Source: an uncultured Gemmatimonadales bacterium
GTDB lineage: Bacteria > Gemmatimonadota > Gemmatimonadetes > Longimicrobiales > RSA9
Assembly (NCBI GenBank): GCA_963708135.1
Contig: OY970192.1
Span: 3,968,001 to 4,032,000 of the forward strand
DNA: 64,000 bases
Reading direction: 5' to 3'
Shown one piece after another: positions 57,177 to 64,000 of this stretch. Within the stretch, counting starts at the first letter, position 1. Every line of letters begins with the position of its first letter. The notes beneath the pieces were generated by a model. That model was not told the origin of the DNA. It saw nothing but the letters and a program-made list of their open reading frames with translations, and ran no database searches. A program made the position numbers and the translations under genes.

Positions 57177-57899
57177 ATGCTGGTCCGCAGCCGCATGACG
57201 CGCGACATCATCACGGTGGAGCCGGCCGCCTCGCTGGCGCGGGCACTGCTGCTCATGCACGAGCATCGGATCCGTCACCTTCCGGTGGTGGCGGGCGAGG
57301 ATCTGGTGGGGCTGCTGAGCGACCGGGATATCCGGCTGGCGGCGCCGCCGCCGGGGAGCGTGGTGGAGGGGGAGCGGCAGCGCTTCCTGGAGTCGCGGCG
57401 GGCGGACGACGTCATGGTTCGCGAGGTGGTCACGACGACGGCGGACACGCCGGTCGAGGAGGCGGCGCGTGTGATGGCGCAGCACCGGATCGGGGCGCTG
57501 CCGGTGGTCTCGGGCGAGCGGCTGGTGGGGATGCTCACCACGGCGGATCTGCTGCGGGCGTTCGTGGAGCTCTTCGGGGTGAACCGGCCGTCCAGCCGGA
57601 TCGAGGTGCGGATGCCGAATCGGCCCGGGGAGCTGGCGCGGGTGGTGCGGCTGATCGGGGTGGACGCGCGGCTGAACATCTCGGGGATCGTGCTGGCGGG
57701 AAGCCAGGGATCGCACGCGACGGCCGTGCTCCGGGTGCAGACGGTGGACCCGCGCGGGGTGATCGAGTCGCTCCGCCGCCTGGGATACCAGGTCGGCTGG
57801 CCGGCGCTGGACATGGCTCCGCCATCGCTGGACCCGCACGAGGGTCCGGGGAGCGTGGCGGGTCCGAACTCGCGGCACGCGACGGATCCGGCGCGCTGA
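57177..57899 (+). CDS. acuB: AcuB-like CBS-pair + ACT domain protein
   Basis: MTRDIITV, IRHLPVV..LVGLLSDRD, IGALPVV, RIEVRMPNRPGELA ACT start. Adjacent to acuC. Confidence 0.85.
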   Translation: MLVRSRMTRDIITVEPAASLARALLLMHEHRIRHLPVVAGEDLVGLLSDRDIRLAAPPPGSVVEGERQRFLESRRADDVMVREVVTTTADTPVEEAARVMAQHRIGALPVVSGERLVGMLTTADLLRAFVELFGVNRPSSRIEVRMPNRPGELARVVRLIGVDARLNISGIVLAGSQGSHATAVLRVQTVDPRGVIESLRRLGYQVGWPALDMAPPSLDPHEGPGSVAGPNSRHATDPAR

Positions 57900-57939
57900 C
57901 CTCGCGGCGCGCGGAGACGCCCCTTCCCCGGACGGCCGC

Positions 57940-59118
57940 TTGAGCCCGACCGCTCTCATCTGGGACGAAGTCCTCGCCACCTACCGCTTCCGGCCGGAGC
58001 ACCCAATGAACCCGCGGCGGCTGCACTGGACGGTGCAGCTGATCGGCGCGCTGGGCCTGGCCGGTGACGCGGCGACGCCCCTCATCGTCCCGCGACCGGC
58101 GACGGAGGAGGAGCTGCTCCTGGCGCACGACCGCGCGTACGTCGATGCGGTGCGCGCGCTCTCGGAGCCGGGCGCGGATCCCATGGATGGCCTCCCATGG
58201 GGGCTCGGCACGGAGGACACGCCGGTCGTGGAGGGGATGCACGCGGCCGCATCGCGCGTGGTGGGAGCCACGCTCGTGGCGGCGGAGGAGGTCATCACGG
58301 GACGCGCCCGGCGGGCGTTCAATCCCGCCGGCGGGCTGCACCACGCTCGCCGCGCCGAAGGCGCAGGCTTCTGCGTGTACAACGACCTGGCGGTGGCGAT
58401 CCGCTGGCTCGAGCGGCAACACGGCGCGCGCGTGATGTACATCGATGTCGACGCACACCACGGCGACGGAGTGCAGCAGATCTTCTACGACGACCCCGAG
58501 GTCCTCACGCTCTCGCTGCACGAGAGCGGCACCTACCTCTTTCCCGGGACCGGATTCGTGGACGAGCTCGGCGAGGGGGACGGATACGGCTACTCGGTGA
58601 ACGTTCCGCTCGACGTGCACACGGAGGACGGCTCGTTCATGGAGGCCTTCGAGGCGCTCGTTCCGCGGCTGGCGGGAGCCTTCCACCCCGACATCATCGT
58701 GCTCCAGACCGGCTGCGACGGGCACGTCCTCGATCCGCTGACGCACCTTCGGCTGACCACGGGCGTGTACGAGCGCATCGCGAGGCTGGTCGGCGAGGTG
58801 GCGGACGCGGAATGCGAGGGGCGCCTCGTCGCCACCGGCGGCGGCGGGTACGCCGCGTACACGGTCGTGCCGCGCGCGTGGACGCTGGTGTGGGGAGCCG
58901 TGGCGGGTCTCGAGGTGCCGGACCGCGCTCCGGACGAATGGCTCCGGGCGGTCCGCCTGGAGGCGGGGGAGGAGGTACCCTGGGCGCTGCGGGACCCGCC
59001 GGACGCCTTTGCGCCCTCTCCCCGGCGCGCGGAAGTCGCGGCTGCGAACCGGCGGACCGTCGAGGCGGTCCGGCGGCGCGTGCTTCCGCTGCTCACGGGC
59101 TGGGGCCTTGCCTTCTAG
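57940..59118 (+). CDS. acuC: AcuC / class I histone deacetylase-like lysine deacetylase
   Basis: HPMNPRR, GGLHHA..GFCVYND, YIDVDAHHGDG, FPGTG, GCDGH..DPL, GGGGY. Confidence 0.92.
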   Translation: MSPTALIWDEVLATYRFRPEHPMNPRRLHWTVQLIGALGLAGDAATPLIVPRPATEEELLLAHDRAYVDAVRALSEPGADPMDGLPWGLGTEDTPVVEGMHAAASRVVGATLVAAEEVITGRARRAFNPAGGLHHARRAEGAGFCVYNDLAVAIRWLERQHGARVMYIDVDAHHGDGVQQIFYDDPEVLTLSLHESGTYLFPGTGFVDELGEGDGYGYSVNVPLDVHTEDGSFMEAFEALVPRLAGAFHPDIIVLQTGCDGHVLDPLTHLRLTTGVYERIARLVGEVADAECEGRLVATGGGGYAAYTVVPRAWTLVWGAVAGLEVPDRAPDEWLRAVRLEAGEEVPWALRDPPDAFAPSPRRAEVAAANRRTVEAVRRRVLPLLTGWGLAF

Positions 59119-59122
59119 CGCC

Positions 59123-59632
59123 ATGGCACTCGAGCTCCCGCTGAGTCTGGCCGACGCGACGGGCGCACCGTTCGTGGTGCGCGCCTACACGCCCGCGGAC
59201 CGCCGCGCGCTCGACGCGATGTACGCGCGCTTCGAGCCGAAGCGGGCCGCCCAGGGCCTGCCGCCAACCGGAGAGGCGAACCTGAAGCGCTGGCTGGACC
59301 GCGTGCTCGCGCAGGGTGAGCACCTGGTCGTCGAGGTGGGTGGCGCCGTGCTCGGCCACATCATGCTGATCCCGATGGACGGCACGGTCGAGCTCGCGAA
59401 CTTCCTGCACCAGTCGATCCGGGGTCGCGGCATCGGCACCCGCCTGAACCGCGTAGCCGTCGAGCTGGCGCGCGAGCGCGGATACCGCAGGATCTGGCTC
59501 TCGGTGGAGCCGGGGAACCGTCCGGCGGTGCGCTCCTACGAGAAGGCGGGATTCCGGCGACTGCCCGGCTCTCTCTGGGCCCCCGAGATCGAGATGCAGG
59601 TGGAGCTGGAGGCGCCGCCGCCGGCGGCCTGA
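59123..59632 (+). CDS. GNAT family acetyltransferase
   Basis: RGRGIG acetyl-CoA motif, N.PAVRSYEKAGF. Confidence 0.88.
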   Translation: MALELPLSLADATGAPFVVRAYTPADRRALDAMYARFEPKRAAQGLPPTGEANLKRWLDRVLAQGEHLVVEVGGAVLGHIMLIPMDGTVELANFLHQSIRGRGIGTRLNRVAVELARERGYRRIWLSVEPGNRPAVRSYEKAGFRRLPGSLWAPEIEMQVELEAPPPAA

Positions 59633-59706
59633 GCGCCGGCGTGCGGCGTGCGGCGTCGCCTGAAACGCTGTGGAGACCTGGGAAAGCGGGCGGCGGGAGC
59701 CGGGCG

Positions 59707-60246
59707 TCAGAGCAGTGAGTCGTCGCTCTCGCGCGCTGTCCGGGCGGTTTTCTCGGCATCCTCGCCGAAGACGAGGCCGGTGCCCGCCGCCTGCGCGGCG
59801 AGGGCCTGGCGCAGGGCGCGGATCTCCTCGTCCGTGCGGCCGCTGGCACGCAGGCGGCGGTCCATTCGAAGACGGCGCACTGCGGCCTTCAGGGTACCGA
59901 GGGCGAGGGTGGCGCAGCGGGGCCGGGAGCCGACGATGTCCTCGCCCAGCAGCTCGATCATCTGCTCGTAGGAGAGGTCCTCGACCTGCTCGAAGGTGAG
60001 CTTTTTCCGGTTGACGCGGTCGGCAAGGATCGAGGCAGCCGCCTGGCTGATGGTGCAGCCCTCGCCCTCGAAGCTCATCTCCTCGATGCGCTCGGAATCG
60101 GCGGCGGACCTGAGGAAGACGGTCACCAGGTCGCCACAGCCGGGGTTGCCGCCCGGCATCCTGACGTCGGCATCCTCGAGCGCGCCCTTGTGGCGCGGCC
60201 GCTTGAAGTGGTCGACGAGCAGCGCGATGCGGGTCTGGCGGTCCAC
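59707..60246 (-). CDS. SufU/IscU-type Fe-S scaffold or sulfur acceptor protein
   Basis: DHFKRPRHKG, NPGCGD, FEGEGCTISQAAAS, RPRCATL. Confidence 0.88.
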   Translation of the reverse strand: MDRQTRIALLVDHFKRPRHKGALEDADVRMPGGNPGCGDLVTVFLRSAADSERIEEMSFEGEGCTISQAAASILADRVNRKKLTFEQVEDLSYEQMIELLGEDIVGSRPRCATLALGTLKAAVRRLRMDRRLRASGRTDEEIRALRQALAAQAAGTGLVFGEDAEKTARTARESDDSLL

Positions 60247-60251
60247 GGAGT

Positions 60252-61127
60252 CTAGCGCTCGATGGGCATGCGGACGGCATTGCCCCACTCGGTCCATGAG
60301 CCGTCGTAATTGCGGGCCCGCGGGAATCCGAGCAGGTAGGTCAGCACGAACCAGGTGTGGGAGGAGCGCTCGCCGATCCGGCAGTAGGCCACCACGGGAC
60401 TCGCGGGATCGAGGCCCTGCTCCTCGAGGTAGATCTCTCGAAGGGCGTCGGCGGGCTTGAAGGTGTGGGTTTCGGCATCCACGGCGCGCCCCCACGGCAC
60501 ATTCCGGGCGCCCGGAATGTGGCCACCGCGGAGCGCGCCCTCGTTCGGGTAGTCCGGCATGTGGAGGCGCACGCCGCTGTACTCCTCCGGGCTCCGCACG
60601 TCGACCAGCTGACCGCCGGAGCCCGCGTGCTCGAGCACCTCGTCCCGGAAGGCGCGGATCGCGCCGTCCGCGCGCTCCCCGAGGGTGATGTCGCCGGCGC
60701 GATAGTGGGGAGTCTCGGTGGACATCGGGCGGTCCTCCTCCTCCCAGCGCGCCCTCCCTCCGTCCATGATCCGCAGCCGCTCGAGGCCGAACAGCCGGAA
60801 CACCCAGAAGGCATAGGTCGCCCACCAGTTGTTCTTGTCGCCGTAGAGGACGATGGTGGTGTCCCGGTTCACGCCGAGACGGCGAAGCAGCGACTGCATG
60901 GCCCCCTGCCCGATGTAGTCGCGGGTGAGCGGATCGTTCAGATCCGCGACCCAGTCCACCTTCACGGCGCCGGGGATGTGACCGATCTCGTAGAGGAGGA
61001 CGTCCTCGTCCGACTCGATGATGCGCACGGCCGCCTCCTCGAGGCGGTCCGCGACCCACTGCGTGGAGACGAGCACCTCGGGATGAGCGTAGCCGCGTTC
61101 CTCGATCGGGGCGGGCTTCCTGGCCAT
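60252..61127 (-). CDS. Tandem-rhodanese sulfurtransferase (SseA/CysA-like)
   Basis: LVSTQWV, GHIPGA twice, YCRIGERS active loop, [10 protein letters not shown]. Confidence 0.93.
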   Translation of the reverse strand: MARKPAPIEERGYAHPEVLVSTQWVADRLEEAAVRIIESDEDVLLYEIGHIPGAVKVDWVADLNDPLTRDYIGQGAMQSLLRRLGVNRDTTIVLYGDKNNWWATYAFWVFRLFGLERLRIMDGGRARWEEEDRPMSTETPHYRAGDITLGERADGAIRAFRDEVLEHAGSGGQLVDVRSPEEYSGVRLHMPDYPNEGALRGGHIPGARNVPWGRAVDAETHTFKPADALREIYLEEQGLDPASPVVAYCRIGERSSHTWFVLTYLLGFPRARNYDGSWTEWGNAVRMPIER

Positions 61128-61141
61128 CGGCGCCTCCGGCG

Positions 61142-61972
61142 TCAGAAGATGAAGACGGGGGTCCCCACCGGCACCATCTGGTAAAGCTGCTCGATGTCGT
61201 CGTTGTGCAGGCGCACGCAGCCGTGGGAGACCGCGTGGCCGATCGACCCGACGTCGAAGTCGTTCGTGCCGTGGAGCAGGTAGCCATCCCCCATGTTGAG
61301 CGCGTACGGTCCGAGCGCGCGCGGCACCTTGCGCTGCGGGCTGGCGGCGGGCGGCATGAACAGCTTTCCCGCGAACTCGATGAAATGCTGTCCATCGGGC
61401 GCGTAGAAGTACCCGTTCCTGTTGATCCAGCCGACCTGCCCGTCCCGTTCCACTACGTACTTGATGTACGCATCGCCGACGGGATAGCGCTCGCCCGGCT
61501 TTACGCGCACCAGCTCGAGGTTGTTGTCCGCCGCCTGCTCGTAGTACTGCCAGTCCGGGACCGTCCACACCGGGTCCACTTTCTTGCTGAGCACGCGCCG
61601 GCGGCCGCGCGGTGTCTCGAAGTACCACTTCCGGCCCGCGTAGCTGAAGGACTGCCCCATACCCACGGCGACCGGGACGCTCATGAGCGTGTCGCCCCCC
61701 TGTACCAGCCACAGCCAGCGGTCCTCCGTGGACACGAGGATCTTGAGCCCGTGGCCCCGACGGGCGAGCCGGTACACCCGCATCCCGCCCGTGTCATGGG
61801 GCACCTTCGGCGCCGCCAGGACGACGGGCGCGGGATCCGGCACCTGCGGCCGTTGCGGGGCGGGCGCGAGCGGCGCGGGCGCGCCGCTTCCGAGAAAGCA
61901 GGCGGACAACGCCACGACGACGGCGGTACTGAAGGTTCCCCAGCGAAGCGGTGCGGCGATCGACCTCAACAT
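61142..61972 (-). CDS. L,D-transpeptidase (YkuD family) lipoprotein
   Basis: GGAGG RBS, lipobox LSAC, LHGT...[17 protein letters not shown]. Confidence 0.9.
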   Translation of the reverse strand: MLRSIAAPLRWGTFSTAVVVALSACFLGSGAPAPLAPAPQRPQVPDPAPVVLAAPKVPHDTGGMRVYRLARRGHGLKILVSTEDRWLWLVQGGDTLMSVPVAVGMGQSFSYAGRKWYFETPRGRRRVLSKKVDPVWTVPDWQYYEQAADNNLELVRVKPGERYPVGDAYIKYVVERDGQVGWINRNGYFYAPDGQHFIEFAGKLFMPPAASPQRKVPRALGPYALNMGDGYLLHGTNDFDVGSIGHAVSHGCVRLHNDDIEQLYQMVPVGTPVFIF

Positions 61973-62053
61973 GATACCTCCGTGCATTCAACGCCTTGCA
62001 CGGCTAATGGTTGCAGGGAGCGGGCCAGCGTGGGGCTGGCGATCCGCCTTGGC

Positions 62054-63265
62054 TCAGGACCGGGAGACGGTGCGGGTGCCCAGGATACGCTCGATCGTCT
62101 GCCCGATCTTGTTGTTCGGGGTGGATGCCCCGGCCGTGATGCCGATTCGCAGCGGCCCCGCCGGCAGCCAGTCGGAGGCGAGCACCTCGGGCGCATCCGC
62201 GGCGAGCTCGGGCTTGTGCCGGATCGTGCCGGCGCCCGAATCGATGCACGTCGCGTCCGCGATGTGGTACGTGCTCGTGTACTCGCGGCAGAGGTGCGCC
62301 AGATGGTTCGTGTTCGAGGAGTTGTAGCCGCCGATCACGATCATCAGGTCGGGCGGCTCCCGCATGAGCTCGAGCACCGCGTCCTGCCGCTCCTGCGTGG
62401 CCGAGCAGATGGTGTCGAAGGAGCGGAAGTGCGAGTCGATCGCGTCCGCGCCGTAGCGCCGGGCCAGGCTGCGGCCGACCTCGTCCGCGATGGCGAGCGA
62501 CTCGGAGGCGAGCATCGTCGTCTGGTTGGCCACCCCCACCCGCACCAGGTCCGGCTCGGGGTCGAATCCGGGGGACGCCTTGTCCAGGAAGTGGGCGCGA
62601 AAATCCCCCCGGGAGAGGGCACCGGGCAGACGCTCGATATAGTCGCAGACCAGGCGCGCCTCGTCCATGTTTCGTACCACGATGTACTTCCCGCCCTCGT
62701 CCGTGTGCACCTGCGAGGCCGTGGCACGGGTCTCCTCGTGAAACGACTTGCCGTGTATCAGCGCGGTAAAGCCGTCCCGGGCGTAGGACTCCACGCGCTT
62801 CCAGACGTTCAGCACCGAGCCGCAGGTGGTGTCCACGAGCACGGAGCCGGCCGCCTTGAGCCGCTCGAAATCCTGCAGGGTGACCCCGAACGCCGGCAGG
62901 ATCACGACATCCTCCGGGCCGAGCCCCGTGAAATCGAACGTCCCCCTGGCGTCCGGATAGAGGAACGAGATGCCGCGGTCGCGCAGCCGCTGGTTCACGT
63001 GTGGGTTGTGGATGATCTCGCCCACCAGATGGATGCGTCGGTCGGGAAACTTGTGACGCGCCTGGTAGGCGTAGTCCACGGCCCGGTCCACGCCGTAGCA
63101 GAAGCCGAACGCGGCCGCCAGGCGGAACGTCAGGTCCCCGAACGTGGCCGTGTGGCCGCTCGCCCGGATCTCGTCCAGCAGCGCGCTGTGGTTGTACTCC
63201 GTGTCGAGCACGGGGCCGACGTCCTTCTTCAGTCCGAACCCGCGTCGGAAGTAGGTCTGCTCCAT
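62054..63265 (-). CDS. ispH: 4-hydroxy-3-methylbut-2-enyl diphosphate reductase
   Basis: FGFCYGVDRA, IIHN, DTTC, H.ET, QTT, TICSATQERQ, SSNT, TAGASTP. Confidence 0.94.
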   Translation of the reverse strand: MEQTYFRRGFGLKKDVGPVLDTEYNHSALLDEIRASGHTATFGDLTFRLAAAFGFCYGVDRAVDYAYQARHKFPDRRIHLVGEIIHNPHVNQRLRDRGISFLYPDARGTFDFTGLGPEDVVILPAFGVTLQDFERLKAAGSVLVDTTCGSVLNVWKRVESYARDGFTALIHGKSFHEETRATASQVHTDEGGKYIVVRNMDEARLVCDYIERLPGALSRGDFRAHFLDKASPGFDPEPDLVRVGVANQTTMLASESLAIADEVGRSLARRYGADAIDSHFRSFDTICSATQERQDAVLELMREPPDLMIVIGGYNSSNTNHLAHLCREYTSTYHIADATCIDSGAGTIRHKPELAADAPEVLASDWLPAGPLRIGITAGASTPNNKIGQTIERILGTRTVSRS

Positions 63266-63505
63266 GGACATATGATAACGCCGGCGGCGGGGCCGGAGCA
63301 ACGCATCCGAGGCCTCGAGCGGGTGCGGCCGCGGCCTTGGCGGCACCCGGAGCGGCGCCCGGAACAGCGCCCGGCGCGGCAGGTGGTGCGCTGCCCGAGC
63401 GTCGCCGTGCGGCAGCGACGCTCGCGACGGGTCCCGCTGGCAATCCGCGCATCCTCTTCCTATGTTAATGGGCTTGAATTCTTTCCGACTACGCCGGGGG
63501 AAGTC

Positions 63506-64000
63506 GTGGAACCATCATCCATAGCGTTCCTGAAGCGGCTGCTGGACACGCCGGGGCCGAGCGGCTTCGAGGCCGCGGCCGCGCGCGTATGGCGGGAGGA
63601 AGCCTCCACGTTCACCGAGGACGTGGACACGGATGTGACGGGCAACTCGGCGGCCCGGGTGAGGCGGGGCGGCGCGCCGCGCGTGATGCTGGCCGGGCAC
63701 ATCGACGAGATCGGCCTGATGATCACGCACGTGGACGACGAGGGCTTCCTGTACTTCGAGGGGATCGGCGGCTGGGATCCCCAGGTGCTGGTCGGCCAGC
63801 GGGTCCGGCTGCTGTCGCGCGGCGGCGATGTGCTCGGGGTGGTGGGCAAGAAGCCGATCCACCTGATCAAGGGAGACGAGCGGGAGAAGGCCTCGAAGAT
63901 CACGGACCTGTGGATCGATATCGGGGCGAAGGACCGCGAGGCGGTGCGGGCGCGCGGCGTCCGGATCGGCGATCCGGCGGTGCTGCACACCTCTCTCGTC
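63506..64000 (+). CDS. M42 family aminopeptidase, 3'-truncated by window edge
   Basis: Read directly: FLKRLLDTPGPSGFE, DVTGN, MLAGHIDEIG, IGGWDPQVL, WIDIGA. Not in the ORF track because it has no stop in the window. Confidence 0.9.
   Translation, partial: MEPSSIAFLKRLLDTPGPSGFEAAAARVWREEASTFTEDVDTDVTGNSAARVRRGGAPRVMLAGHIDEIGLMITHVDDEGFLYFEGIGGWDPQVLVGQRVRLLSRGGDVLGVVGKKPIHLIKGDEREKASKITDLWIDIGAKDREAVRARGVRIGDPAVLHTSLV

Noticed and set aside
62054..63265. IspH with a cyanobacteria/plant-like N-terminal extension (YFRRGFG) as evidence of co-transfer with kaiC
   Set aside because: Long-form IspH also occurs in non-cyanobacterial phyla, codon usage is host-like, and it lies 60 kb from kaiC.
63443..63470. 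dif-like sequence (GCGCAT...TATGTTAA)
   Set aside because: Spacing is one base off the 11-6-11 XerC/XerD layout and the inner TAA/TTA bases are missing. More simply a -10 element between divergent genes.

Overview
High-GC bacterial chromosomal segment. Gene content and style suggest Gemmatimonadota (inference only). It carries about 60 genes, mostly housekeeping or envelope: peptidases, PBP1A, L,D-transpeptidase, tdk, ispH, greA, acuBC, a MacAB-like exporter and a large Ig-like lipoprotein. Most notable: (1) a c-di-GMP-I/GEMM riboswitch with A at the ligand-selecting position 20, the c-AMP-GMP-type signature, upstream of an unannotated 48-aa membrane microprotein; (2) an unannotated 25-aa hydrophobic peptide gene between a two-domain hypothetical gene and a membrane-anchored HD-GYP phosphodiesterase, a candidate peptide-sensing cyclic-dinucleotide module at the edge of a lower-GC island; (3) a cyanobacterial KaiC1-like kinase followed by a pseudo-receiver/PAS/GAF histidine kinase; (4) a paa epoxidase cluster with split PaaD and a PaaR-type operator; (5) an IS1634 element with clear TIRs and a 5-bp TSD disrupting an isochorismatase gene; (6) a CTAG-bounded MITE-like element at the csp stop codon and a terminator inside the csp leader. 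Three genes carry +1 homopolymer frameshifts, probably sequencing errors. No rRNA, tRNA or CRISPR array was seen. All calls are by eye from motifs; no searches were run.
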